A stretch of DNA of 64,000 nucleotides. Source: Polyangiales bacterium (GTDB lineage Bacteria; Myxococcota_A; Polyangia; Polyangiales; JADJQN01). The notes under the pieces are model-generated. The model ran no database searches. It was not told the DNA's origin and saw nothing but the letters and a program-made list of their open reading frames with translations. The DNA is taken from assembly GCA_964202905.1 (NCBI GenBank), contig CAXNJO010000002.1, positions 288,001-352,000 on the forward strand. The letters run 5' to 3'. The position numbers were made by a program, and so were the translations under genes. This document shows positions 52,523 to 62,178 of the stretch, piece by piece. Numbering within the stretch: position 1 is the first letter of the stretch; each line of letters begins with the position of its first letter.

Positions 52523-53068
52523 TCACCAGCCGAGGCCCGCGAGCGCGAGCCGCGCGCGCATGCCGAGCGTCGTCGTGTATCCCACCTCCACGTGGCGGAT
52601 GGTGCCGTCGCCGTCGAGGAAGAACGTCGTCGGATACCCCGTGACGCCCCAGGCCCGCGCGCTCGCCGAGGCCTCGTCGACGAGGATGGGCGCGTGCAGC
52701 CCCTCGGCGGCGGCGTAGCGGGCGACCTCGGCCGCGCTCCCCGAGGCGCTCGCGACCGTGAGCACGCGACCGCCGCGCGCGAGCGACTCGACGTTGTCCG
52801 CCTCCATCGCGCAGACCCCGCACCAGGTCGCCCAGAAATGCACGGCGACCGGCCCGCCCCGCAGCGCGGCGAGGTCGATGGTCGCGCCCGTGGGCGTGCG
52901 GCCATGGAGCGGCGGCGCGGCACCGCGGACGACGTCGCGCGTCTGCCACGCGCGAACACCGGCCAGCACGCCGAACACGACGACCCAGTGAAACACCTCC
53001 CGCCAGCGCGCGGGATTGCGCGCGAACCATGACGTCGACGCGGTCGTCTGCGGGTTCTCCGGGCTCAC
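52523..53068 (-). CDS. Membrane-anchored TlpA/redoxin thiol-disulfide oxidoreductase
   Basis: N-terminal TM; HFWATWCGVC; WGVTGYPTTF; start uncertain. Confidence 0.88.
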   Translation of the reverse strand: MSPENPQTTASTSWFARNPARWREVFHWVVVFGVLAGVRAWQTRDVVRGAAPPLHGRTPTGATIDLAALRGGPVAVHFWATWCGVCAMEADNVESLARGGRVLTVASASGSAAEVARYAAAEGLHAPILVDEASASARAWGVTGYPTTFFLDGDGTIRHVEVGYTTTLGMRARLALAGLGW

Positions 53069-53166
53069 CGCGCGGAGCCTGCCGCGGCGGTCGGCCCGGC
53101 GCATCCCGGCGCGGGTGGCCGAGCCCGGTCTTGACGCCGCAAGCGCGGCCTGCGAAGACCGCCGCC

Positions 53167-53817
53167 ATGAGACCCGAGCAGCTCCTCGAATCGATCTTCC
53201 GTGCCGAGCGCGATCTCCGTGACGCCGAGGCCCGCCTCCTCGATGCCCGCGACAAGAACGCCCTCGCGAACCTGCTCGCCCGCGCGACGAGCGAGGCGCT
53301 CGCGCTCCGCGACCGCGACGAGGGCGCGCTGCGGCTCGGCCGCCTCGCGGACCTCTGCGCGCAGGTCCCCGGCCCGCAGATGGTCGACACGCTCATCACG
53401 ATGCTCGACGACGAGGACGAGTCGGTGCGCGTGCAGGCCGGCGAGGCGCTGCTCGACGTCGGCTACGACCGCTACGCCGAGGTCGCGCGGGGCATCGAGC
53501 GGGCGCTCGATCGCAAGCACACGGGCATCGCGATGACCGAGCTGCCCTGGATCCTCTCGGAGATCGGCGAGCCGAGCGCGCTCGGGCTCGTCCGCCGTTT
53601 CCTCGCGAGCGAGGACGGCGAGATCTGCGCGAGCGCCCTCGAGGCGCTCGTCTCGCTCGGCGATCCGGCCGGCGCCGATGCGCTCGACGGACTCGTCGAC
53701 GACCCGCGCGAGGTGACCGTCGATGGCGACGACGACGAGAGCGACGGCCTCCGCACGACGATCGGACAACTCGCCCGCGAGGCGATCGCCGAGCTCCGCG
53801 GCGGTGACGAGGACTGA
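53167..53817 (+). CDS. HEAT-repeat protein
   Basis: LDDEDESVRVQAGEAL, LSEIGEPSA...FLASEDGEICASALEALVSLGDP. Confidence 0.8.
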   Translation: MRPEQLLESIFRAERDLRDAEARLLDARDKNALANLLARATSEALALRDRDEGALRLGRLADLCAQVPGPQMVDTLITMLDDEDESVRVQAGEALLDVGYDRYAEVARGIERALDRKHTGIAMTELPWILSEIGEPSALGLVRRFLASEDGEICASALEALVSLGDPAGADALDGLVDDPREVTVDGDDDESDGLRTTIGQLAREAIAELRGGDED

Positions 53818-53925
53818 GCCCGTCGCGCGCCCGGCGCGCGGCCACGAAGACGCAGCGCGCGGGCCCCACCGGTCCGCGGCGCTCCGGCGTGGCGTGCGCG
53901 GCGTCCGCACCGTGACGGAGTCGCG

Positions 53926-54753
53926 ATGAGCGAGTCGCGCAAGCCGTCCGCCGCGATCTCGGCGGACGACGCGCTCCTCTACGACGCCGCCGTCGTCCCG
54001 CGCTACAGCGGGCTTTTCGCGCAGCTCATCGTGGACGAGATCCCCGCGGGGACGCGCGGCACCCTGCTCGACGTCGCCTGCGCGACGGGCACGCCGTCGC
54101 TCGCGATCCTCCGCCGCCTCGGCGAGGGGGGGCGCGTCATCGCCGTCGATCGCGAGCCCGCACTGGTCGACCTCGCACGGCGCCGCGCGCACGCAGGCGA
54201 GGACGCGCGCCGCATCTTCTTCAAGGTCGAGGCGCCCGACGCGCTGCACTTCGGCGACGAAGTCTTCGACGTCGTCCTCGGCAACCTCGTGCTCGGCACG
54301 GCCGACACGCCATCGACCCTCGCCGAGCTTCGCCGTGTGCTCGTCCCGGAGGGGCGCGCGCTGCTCACGCAGGCGCTCGCCGGCAGCTTCGAGGAGGTCT
54401 TCGACCTGCTCCGCGAGATCGCCGCGAAAAACGAGCTCCCGCGCCTCGCCGAGCGCACCGACGCGGCCGCCCGGCGCTACCCGCGACCGCACGAGCTCGG
54501 ACGCCTCGCGGAGGCGGCGGGCTTCCACGACGTCCGCCTGCGCGAGGAGGCGTTCCGGCTCTCGTTTCGCAGCGCACGCGACCTGTTCTCGGACCCGCTG
54601 ACCCGCTTCGTGGGCCTCCCCGAGTGGCGTGCGATCGCGGGCGACGAGCGCATCCTCGAGCAGCTCGAGCGCACGTTCGACACGTACTTCGCCGGGGGCC
54701 CGCTGTCGCTCAGCGTGCGCGCGGGGCTCCTCGCCGCGCGGCGGGCGGGCTGA
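53926..54753 (+). CDS. Class I SAM-dependent methyltransferase
   Basis: LLDVACATG, VIAVD, LHFGDEVFDVV, ELRRVLVPEG. Confidence 0.88.
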   Translation: MSESRKPSAAISADDALLYDAAVVPRYSGLFAQLIVDEIPAGTRGTLLDVACATGTPSLAILRRLGEGGRVIAVDREPALVDLARRRAHAGEDARRIFFKVEAPDALHFGDEVFDVVLGNLVLGTADTPSTLAELRRVLVPEGRALLTQALAGSFEEVFDLLREIAAKNELPRLAERTDAAARRYPRPHELGRLAEAAGFHDVRLREEAFRLSFRSARDLFSDPLTRFVGLPEWRAIAGDERILEQLERTFDTYFAGGPLSLSVRAGLLAARRAG

Positions 54754-54771
54754 GCGCGGGCGCCTCGGCCG

Positions 54772-56136
54772 TCAGCGCGCGGCGACGTCGGGGAGGGGCT
54801 CGACGCGCGCATCCTCGGGGCAGCCGCGACCGTCGAGGGCCGGGATCACGATACGCACGCGGCGCACGCCGAGGTTGGAGCGTCCGTCGCCGCGGAACTG
54901 AACGTCGAGCAGGAACTCCTGCGGCTCGGTCGTCGGCGCGACGAGGCCGGCACGCACGCGCACCTGGAAGACGACCTCGGTGCCCGCCCGCACGTCGAGG
55001 AAGGTGCCCGTCGCCGCGTCGATGCCGCCGATCCCCGACATCGGCGCCGCGCGGAGCGGCACGATCGCCTCGACGAGGGTGCGCACGTCGAAGCCGTCGT
55101 CCGGCGTCGGGTCGAGCGGCACCGCGTCGATGTCGAGCACGATGCCGTCCGCGAAGTCCTGCATCGCCTCGACGACGCGCTCGTCGAGCCGCTCGCCGCT
55201 GCGGCCGATGTCGAACACGAGCGGTGAACCGTCGCGGCGCGTCGCGCGGGTGTCGCGCGCGGTGCGCTGCACGCTCGCGAGCCCCGCGTCGTCGCCGCCG
55301 GACCAGAAGCCGATGACGCGGATGCCGCTGCCCCGCAGCGCGTCGATCGCCTCCGCATACGACGCGACGGGCGTGCCCGCGAGCGTCGGGAGATAGGGAT
55401 TCTCGCCATCCGGGCCGTTGTGAAAAGCCGCGTCCGTGAAGAGAAAGATCACCGGCAGCGCGTCGTCGCGGAAGCACGGATAACCGAAGCCGCCGCGCGG
55501 GCAGCCGAGCGAGGGTGGCACCCACGTGACCGCGGCGCCGCGTGCGTCGAGGCCCATCAACCCCGCGCCCGTCGCCGCCTGGAAGAGCGCCTCGACCTGC
55601 GACTCGGGCACGTCCTGCCCGTTCGCGAGCTCGACCTCGCCCATCGCCGCCTGCACGCGCCCGAGGTCGAAGGTCATCGGCAGGAACAGGGCGAACGGCA
55701 CGTCGCCGCTCGTCCCGAACTCGCCGATGGCGAAGTCCGCGAACGTCGCGACGCCGAACTGCGTGTCCGGGATCTGCGCATAGATCGCGGGCGCGAGCCG
55801 GTCGCGCAGGCGCTCGCGGATCTGGTCGAGCTCGGCGCCCATGGACGCCGTCACGTCGACGAGGAAGAGCACGTCCGCGCGCTCGAGCCGGGCCTCGGTC
55901 GAGAGCGGAAGCTCGATCGGCGGGCCGCCGTCGGGATCGAGCGGCACGTCGATGCAAGGCAGCGGCGCGTCGGTGCCGAGGTCCGGACCGCCGTCCGGCA
56001 CCTCGAGGCCCGTCTTCGCGCCGCAGCCGAGGAGGGCGACGGCGAGCGACGCGGCGAGCGACGCCACGCCACGCGACGTCCGCGCGCGCCGCGCGGGGCA
56101 ACCATCGACCGGGACCGTGGGCGCGCGATGGAGCAT
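54772..56136 (-). CDS. vWA-domain lipoprotein with integrin-beta-like I domain (start uncertain)
   Basis: Lipobox ALLG-C-G; DVLFLVDVTASM, FGVATFADF, NGQDVPESQVEALFQAA, FRDDALPVIFLFTDAAFH. Confidence 0.8.
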   Translation of the reverse strand: MLHRAPTVPVDGCPARRARTSRGVASLAASLAVALLGCGAKTGLEVPDGGPDLGTDAPLPCIDVPLDPDGGPPIELPLSTEARLERADVLFLVDVTASMGAELDQIRERLRDRLAPAIYAQIPDTQFGVATFADFAIGEFGTSGDVPFALFLPMTFDLGRVQAAMGEVELANGQDVPESQVEALFQAATGAGLMGLDARGAAVTWVPPSLGCPRGGFGYPCFRDDALPVIFLFTDAAFHNGPDGENPYLPTLAGTPVASYAEAIDALRGSGIRVIGFWSGGDDAGLASVQRTARDTRATRRDGSPLVFDIGRSGERLDERVVEAMQDFADGIVLDIDAVPLDPTPDDGFDVRTLVEAIVPLRAAPMSGIGGIDAATGTFLDVRAGTEVVFQVRVRAGLVAPTTEPQEFLLDVQFRGDGRSNLGVRRVRIVIPALDGRGCPEDARVEPLPDVAAR

Positions 56137-56224
56137 GGGTGTGGGCGCTCGCATCCCCGCGATGCGCGCGTCGACCCAACGTAGCGTCGGCCTCCCGGTG
56201 CGTCGAGGCGCCCGGCGCGCGCGC

Positions 56225-57259
56225 TCAGCCCCGCGTCGCGCGGCGGCGCGCAGCGAGCGCACGGGCGTGATCGCGGGTGTGGAGCGCCACGTAGTCGACG
56301 GCGAGCAGCTCGAGGGACGGTGGCTCGGCGAAGCCTGGGAGCGCCTCCGGCAGCTGCGCGAAGAACGTGCGCAGCACCGGCGTCGCCGCTGCGAAACGCG
56401 ACGCCTCGAGCCGCTCACTCGCCGCCAGCAGCCGCTCGCCCGCGCGTGGCCCCGCGTGCCCGCGGCGCACGATGTCCTCGTAGCTCGCGAGGAGCGCGTC
56501 GGCCGTGAAGCCGTGCGAGATGACCAGCTCGGCGGCGACGCGCAGCGCCGCGTCGGGCTCGATTGCGCCCTGCTCGAGCAGCACGAGCGAAGGCTGGAAG
56601 TAATTGTAAAACGGGCACACGCGCTGCCCGAGCTCCGCGAAGGCGTCGGGCGCGGACATGCGATCGAGGTGGATGAAGATGCGCCGCACGCAGTCGCGGC
56701 GCGGGAGATCCGCCGCCATCCGCACGAGACGCGGCAGCGCGTCGGGGTAGACTCGCGCGCGCTCGAGGACCGCGACGAGCATGTCGCTCCCGATGCGGCC
56801 CGCGCAGAGATCGGCGTAGAGCGAGTAGATGAACGCGTCCGCCTCCGCGTCGTCGCCGAAGCAGACCTCGTCGAACTCGCCCGTGCCCGCCGCGCGCGAG
56901 GCGAGCAGCGCCGCGAGCTTGTAGCCGACCTGATCGCGCAGGAAGCGGATGCGCCCGCGCAGGAGCATCGCGAGGCTCGGCTTGAGCGTGAAGGAATCCC
57001 ACTGGATGCCATCGAGGCGCAGCTTCTCCTCGAGCACCTTGCGCATCTGCTCGGGGCTGCCGGAGAGGATGAAGATGCCGCCCGGCCTGGTCGCGCGGAG
57101 CTCGCGGAGCAGCGCGCCGGCACCGGGCACCGTCTGCTTGCGCGCCGCGGGCTCGAGCGCGACGCGCACGAGATCGCGAACGGTGTCGAACTCGGTCCGC
57201 AGGTAGGTCTTGTCGAGATCCCAGCGGTAGAGCAGACGGCGTCGTTCGTCGGTCGCCAC
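56225..57259 (-). CDS. HAD-superfamily, App1-like phosphatase domain protein
   Basis: RWDLDKTYL (DxD), FILSGSP, YK, FGDDAEAD. Confidence 0.75.
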   Translation of the reverse strand: MATDERRRLLYRWDLDKTYLRTEFDTVRDLVRVALEPAARKQTVPGAGALLRELRATRPGGIFILSGSPEQMRKVLEEKLRLDGIQWDSFTLKPSLAMLLRGRIRFLRDQVGYKLAALLASRAAGTGEFDEVCFGDDAEADAFIYSLYADLCAGRIGSDMLVAVLERARVYPDALPRLVRMAADLPRRDCVRRIFIHLDRMSAPDAFAELGQRVCPFYNYFQPSLVLLEQGAIEPDAALRVAAELVISHGFTADALLASYEDIVRRGHAGPRAGERLLAASERLEASRFAAATPVLRTFFAQLPEALPGFAEPPSLELLAVDYVALHTRDHARALAARRRATRG

Positions 57260-57354
57260 GCGGCGCCGATCTTAGCAGGACCGCGGGCAGCGGCGTGCAA
57301 CTCGCGCGGGCGCGGGGCCGCAATCGCTCGAGCCGTGTCTCGGCGGAGCGGGCG

Positions 57355-58677
57355 TCAACCGCCGCAAACGGGTCCGCCGAGGGGCGGCTCTTCGCCGGTC
57401 ACCACATCGTCGATCCACACGCGGTCCGCGCCGGCGGAGATCGAGCCGTCCTTCTCGAAACGCCACTCGAGCGTGTGCGTGCCGGCCGCGACCGCCGCGC
57501 TCGCGCGCGTCCACGCGACCTCGCCGCCCCACTCGCCGACCAGCGCGCCGTCGACGCGGAATTGCAGCCCGTCGTAGACGCTGAAGATGCCGCTCTCGCT
57601 CGAGGTCGCGTACCAGAACGACACCTCCGAAGCCGCCGTGAGCGTGATCGTCCGCGTGAGCGACGACTGCTGCGAGTTCCCCACGTCGCCGCTCGCCGCG
57701 GCGCGTGTCCCGGTGTGCGCGCGCGCGGTGTCGACGAACCAGACGGCCGTCCCCGACGTCGTGAAGCCCGGCGGGAGCGCGCCGTCCTCGAAGCCGAGCG
57801 CGGGTGGCGCGGCGCGCACGGTGACATCGTCGATCCACACGCGATCGGAGCCGCTCGCGACGGAGGCGTCCTTCGTGTAGCGCCAGGTCACGGTGTGCAT
57901 GCCCGCGGCGAATCCGACGCTCGCCTGCGTCCAGGCCGTCGTGCCCGACCAGGTTCCGGCGACGACGCCGTCGACGAGCACGTCGAGCTCGTCGCTCCCG
58001 GTCTCGGTGACCGTGTTCAGCCAGAAGGCGACCGTGACCGGCTGCGAGACGGTGAACGTCACCGCCAGGGTGGATGTCTGCGAGTCGCCGATCGCGCCGC
58101 TGCGCGCCGAGAACGCGCCGCCGCGCGCACGCCCGTTGGTCACGAGCCAGCCGGTCGCGCCGCCCGCGACCCAGCCCGCCGGGAGGGCCCCCGACTCGAA
58201 GTCGTAGGTGAGCGTCTCGGGCGCGCTCGCGCACGCCCCGGCGACGCACACGCCCCCCGCGCAGGCCGCGCAGTCCGCGAGCCCCGTGCACGGCCCGGGC
58301 GGCCCGCCGTCCGTCCCCGCATCGATGCCGGCGTCGGTGCCCGCGTCGCTGCCCGCGTCGAGCCCGCCGTCCAGGCCGGCATCCAACCCTGCGTCGACGT
58401 CCGCGCCCGCATCGACATCCGCGCCCGCGTCGACGTCCATCGCTGCATCCACGTCCACGCCCGCGTCGACGTCCATCCCCGCGTCCGAGTCGCCTCCCGC
58501 GTCCACCGGCATCCCGGCGTCCGTCCCCGCGTCGGGCGGGACCATCGCGTCGGGGCGCGGCCCGGCGTCGGCGCGCGGCGGCGGGACGGGGCGGATGACG
58601 GGGTCGTCGGCAGAGCCGCGCGCGCACGCAGCGAACACACACAGGAGCGCGGACCAAACACGGCTACGGCGAACCAT
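57355..58677 (-). CDS. Lipoprotein with DAG-repeat stalk, small Cys knot and two tandem beta-sandwich (MAM/adhesin-like) domains
   Basis: Lipobox FAA-C; (DAGx)n tract; duplicated domain FExGALPxG...SG..GxSQ.S.L...VDG...W...AGxHT..WRxxKD.S...DRVWIDDV. Confidence 0.8.
   Translation of the reverse strand: MVRRSRVWSALLCVFAACARGSADDPVIRPVPPPRADAGPRPDAMVPPDAGTDAGMPVDAGGDSDAGMDVDAGVDVDAAMDVDAGADVDAGADVDAGLDAGLDGGLDAGSDAGTDAGIDAGTDGGPPGPCTGLADCAACAGGVCVAGACASAPETLTYDFESGALPAGWVAGGATGWLVTNGRARGGAFSARSGAIGDSQTSTLAVTFTVSQPVTVAFWLNTVTETGSDELDVLVDGVVAGTWSGTTAWTQASVGFAAGMHTVTWRYTKDASVASGSDRVWIDDVTVRAAPPALGFEDGALPPGFTTSGTAVWFVDTARAHTGTRAAASGDVGNSQQSSLTRTITLTAASEVSFWYATSSESGIFSVYDGLQFRVDGALVGEWGGEVAWTRASAAVAAGTHTLEWRFEKDGSISAGADRVWIDDVVTGEEPPLGGPVCGG
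58312..58570 (-). repeat. Low-complexity Asp-Ala-Gly repeat tract (coding)
   Basis: DAGTDAGMPVDAGGDSDAGMDVDAGVDVDAAMDVDAGADVDAGADVDAGLDAGLDGGLDAGSDAGTDAGIDAGTDGG. Confidence 0.85.
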
Positions 58678-58834
58678 CCCCCCAGCCTCCCCGTGTCCCC
58701 GGACGGTGTCAATTCCCGTCGGCGCGCCCGACGCGCCGACACGACGCATCGCGTCATCGACGACCGCCCCCGAGCGGACCGTCGCGGCCGCGGTCCGCGC
58801 CGCCGCGGGCGTCTGCTAAGCTCGCGGCGCCGTC

Positions 58835-59527
58835 ATGCAGTCCATCCCCGCGCAGCGCGTCGACGTCCTGATCGTCGCGGCCCACGCACCGGAGCTCGTC
58901 GGTTTCCGCCCTGCCCTGTCGGAGCGCCTCGACGGCAACATCCGGGGGCTCCGCGTGATGGCGAAGACCGTCGGCATCGGGATGTCCATCGCAGGCAGCG
59001 GCATGGCGTTCCGGCTCACGCAGCTTTCTCCACGCTGCGTCGTGCTCGTCGGAAGCTGCGGCGTATACCCCGGGCTGCTCGACTACCGCCCCAATGACAT
59101 CCTCGTCGCCAGCCGCATCGCGCTCGTCGACCACGCCGTCGCGGCCGGGCGCTCGGCGTTCCCCGACCCGATGACGACGAGCGTCGATGCGCATCCGCTG
59201 CTCTCCGCGGCCCTCGGCGCTGCAGGCCCGCGCACGCGCGTCGCGCCGCTCGCGACGACGCTCGCCGTCACCACCGACGACGCCCTCGCGGCCAGCGTCG
59301 GCCCACTCAGCGGCTGCCAGGGCGAGAACCTCGAGGCGTTTTCCGTAGCGCTCGCCTGCGTCGCGTCGAGCGTGCCCTTCGCGGCGGTCCTCGGCGTCAC
59401 GAACGTCGTCGGCTCCAACGGCCGCGAAGATTGGCGCACCTATCAGCGCAGCGCCGCGCTCGCCGCGGCCGACTGCGTGACGACCTGGATCCACCAGGGC
59501 GCGCAGGGCGTGCCGCACGGCGGCTGA
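58835..59527 (+). CDS. Nucleoside phosphorylase/hydrolase fold protein (PNP_UDP_1; MqnB/MTAN-like)
   Basis: VGIG, VLVGSCG, T..TTDD, ENLEAFSVALAC...VPF..VLGVTNVVG...EDW. Confidence 0.75.
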   Translation: MQSIPAQRVDVLIVAAHAPELVGFRPALSERLDGNIRGLRVMAKTVGIGMSIAGSGMAFRLTQLSPRCVVLVGSCGVYPGLLDYRPNDILVASRIALVDHAVAAGRSAFPDPMTTSVDAHPLLSAALGAAGPRTRVAPLATTLAVTTDDALAASVGPLSGCQGENLEAFSVALACVASSVPFAAVLGVTNVVGSNGREDWRTYQRSAALAAADCVTTWIHQGAQGVPHGG

Positions 59528-59529
59528 GC

Positions 59530-60566
59530 ATGCCGACCGCGCGTCGCCGCTCCGGCGGGTCGCCGCGACGCGACGCGCGCCGGCGCTGCGCGCATGCGCG
59601 CCGTCGCTCCTCGCGCTCGCAGTCGGCTGCGACGACACGCCTCCGCGGCCCGCAGCGCCGCCACGGACCACGGCGAGCGCCCCGGCGGCCCCTGCGCTGC
59701 CTCGCTACTTTCCCCTCGCCCCGGGTGACCGCTGGCGCACGCGCGGGGGCAGCGACGGCACCGTGCCGCGCGCGTTCGGCGTGACCGGCGTCGACGCGCG
59801 GGGCGTCGCCATCGTCTTCGGCGGCGCAGGCGACACGCCCGAGCGCTACACGGCCGACGCACGCGCGGTCACGCGCGTCGACGAGCAGGGCCGCCCGCTC
59901 GTGCCGCTGCTCCGCGTGCCGCTCGAGGAGGGCGCATCGTGGTCCTACACGCTCGCCGAGCGCGGGGTGTCCGTGCCGTGCAACGCCGAGGTCGTGCGCA
60001 GGGACACGGCCCCGCGCGAGGTCGCCGGCGCGCGCCTCGCGGCCTGCGTGACGGTGCGCCGCGTCTGCCGCTATCCCGCCGGGGCTCCGTTCCCGCTGGC
60101 GACGACGCACGACCGCGAGGAGACCTACTGCCCCGACGTGGGCCTGGTCGGTGAGACGCAGCGCTTCTCGCCGCCCCCCGCGCCCGGCCTGCTCCCCGCC
60201 GTGCTCCGTGAGCGGCTCGTCGCATGGCGCGTGCGCGGCGCGCCACCGTCGCAAGCCGAGGGTCGTCTCACGTGCGACGACGTGCTGTTGCTGCCGAGCG
60301 ACGTGCAGGCCGCCTGCGGCGCCGCGCTCCAGCCCGCGGGCGAGCGCACCGGCGCGGACGAAGAGGGCGCGTGTGTCTTCCGCTATGGCGGCGGTGGGCG
60401 CACCGTCGATGTGCGGGTGCGGGACGCGCGCGAAACGCACGACGAGCCCGCGCCGCGTGACGGCACCGTCCCCGGCATCGCGCTCCGGACGCCGCATGCG
60501 GCGGTCGACGTCGCGGGTTGCGACGATCCGCGCCTCACCGCCCTGCTGCGCTCCCTCCTGCCCTGA
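59530..60566 (+). CDS. Putative lipoprotein; N-terminus unresolved (probable indel)
   Basis: The 59763 frame extends upstream through LLALAVG-C-DD and RYFPLAPGDRW but has no in-frame ATG/GTG/TTG; ATGs at 59530 and 59594 are out of frame. Confidence 0.55.
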
Positions 60567-60604
60567 CCACGCGGTCCTCCGACCCGGCGCCCCCCGGTCC
60601 GCGC

Positions 60605-61516
60605 ATGCCCGCCCCCACTGCGCGCTGGCGCCGTGCGGAGGAGCCGGTCTATCCTCCCGTACCGCCGCCCATGTCGTCTTCGCCCCCGCCGCTCGACGCG
60701 CCGGCCGCCGCGCCGTCCTTCACTGCGCCGTCCTTCACTGCGCCGTCCTTCACTGCGCCGTCCTTTATTGCGCAGCCCATTCCGGCACCGCCCATCCCGG
60801 TTCCGCACGCCCCGGCGCCGTTCGCGAAAGCGCCGCCGGCCCCGGAGGCGCAGCCGGTCGCCGTGCGGATCACCGTCCCGATTCCGACGGACGAAGACGT
60901 CGCCTTCGTGCGGGCACTGCAGCGCGCGGGCCTGCTCTCGGAGCTCGACGATCTCGAGTTCGTGCGCGTCGTGAGCGCGCAGCACCCGCGCAGCGTGCGC
61001 GAGATCACCCGCAACATCGATTTGCTCGAGGCCTACTACGAGGGCGGCGGCCACGTCGCGACGGCCTCACGGCGTCGCGCCCGCGATCGCTTCTTCCTGC
61101 ACCGCGAGGACGACCACGCGAGCGCCCCGCAGCTCGTCGCGCGCCTCGGTGCGCTCGCGCCGGAGATCGGGGCCGTCTCGCTCGATCGCGTCGGCGGCGC
61201 CGAGGGCCAGCTCGTGCTCCGCGCCGGTGAGCAGATCACGGCCGTGGTCGACGACTACGAGGAGACGCTCGAGACGAACGAGATCGACCTCCGTGAGCTC
61301 GATTCCTCCCCCACCATCACGATCCGCGGCCTCGTGCGCGCGATCAACGCGCTCCTCGCGCGAGTCGACATCCGCGTGCGGCTCCTGCCGCTCCGGTCGG
61401 ACGAGCGGCGCGAGGTGTACCTCGCGTTCGGCGTCGCCTCGGCCGTCGAGCTCGCGAAGGCGGAAATCATCGAGGACGACGACGCCGACGAGCTGTTGGA
61501 CCTCGGAAGCTGGTAG
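60605..61516 (+). CDS. Hypothetical protein with Pro-rich N-terminus
   Basis: GC3-biased ORF; globular acidic C-terminal ~200 aa; start 60605 or 60671. Confidence 0.7.
   Translation: MPAPTARWRRAEEPVYPPVPPPMSSSPPPLDAPAAAPSFTAPSFTAPSFTAPSFIAQPIPAPPIPVPHAPAPFAKAPPAPEAQPVAVRITVPIPTDEDVAFVRALQRAGLLSELDDLEFVRVVSAQHPRSVREITRNIDLLEAYYEGGGHVATASRRRARDRFFLHREDDHASAPQLVARLGALAPEIGAVSLDRVGGAEGQLVLRAGEQITAVVDDYEETLETNEIDLRELDSSPTITIRGLVRAINALLARVDIRVRLLPLRSDERREVYLAFGVASAVELAKAEIIEDDDADELLDLGSW
60710..60769 (+). repeat. 15-nt coding tandem repeat x4 (APSFT)
   Basis: gcgccgtccttcact x3 plus gcgccgtcctttatt. Confidence 0.9.
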
Positions 61517-61535
61517 CGGCGCCCACGCCGCGGGC

Positions 61536-62099
61536 TCAGGGGACCGGCGTGCGGAACGAGCCGGTGAGGTCCTGCCAGGACGAGATGACGTGGTCCTGCG
61601 CGACCGTCAGCACGCGTAGCCGGAGGACGACGCGCTGCACCTCCGAGGTGTGCGAGAAGCGCGCATTGCGGCCGCCCCCCTGCTCGAAGACCGCTTCCGA
61701 GCCGACGCGCGGAAACGGATGCGAGAGCTCCATGGTGCCCTCGGTCTCGTGCTGGCCGCCCACGAGGCGCGCGCCGATCAGCGGGTGACCGGGCTCCGGA
61801 TGACCGCTGCTCTTGTCCAGCACCTCGAGACAGATCATCCCGCCGTCGAGCGCGTAGATCCGGTTCTGGGTCCACACCTCGAGGGCCGCCCAGGGCCGGT
61901 CGACATACGGCGCCGTCTTGCGCTCGACCACGAGCTCCACGTCGATCGCCGGCTGTCTCGACGGCGGTGGCGCGATCGGCGACGCCGCGTCGGCCTCCGC
62001 GCCGGCAGCCGGGCGCGCCACGGCCTCGTGGACGTCGGGCATCGCGAAGCCGCGGAGCGTCGCGTTCTCGACGTCCTTCTTGCCGTGGCGTTGGGTCAT
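61536..62099 (-). CDS. Hypothetical protein
   Basis: 187-aa ORF from ATG 62099; globular part LEVWTQNRIYALD...HPLIGARLVGG...FSHTSEVQRVVLR. Confidence 0.7.
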   Translation of the reverse strand: MTQRHGKKDVENATLRGFAMPDVHEAVARPAAGAEADAASPIAPPPSRQPAIDVELVVERKTAPYVDRPWAALEVWTQNRIYALDGGMICLEVLDKSSGHPEPGHPLIGARLVGGQHETEGTMELSHPFPRVGSEAVFEQGGGRNARFSHTSEVQRVVLRLRVLTVAQDHVISSWQDLTGSFRTPVP

Positions 62100-62178
62100 C
62101 GGCGGGGACGCTACCACGCAGGCTCGCGGCTTCCGCCGAGGAAGCGAACGGCCGCCCGCGCTGCTACCGTCGCGCGCC

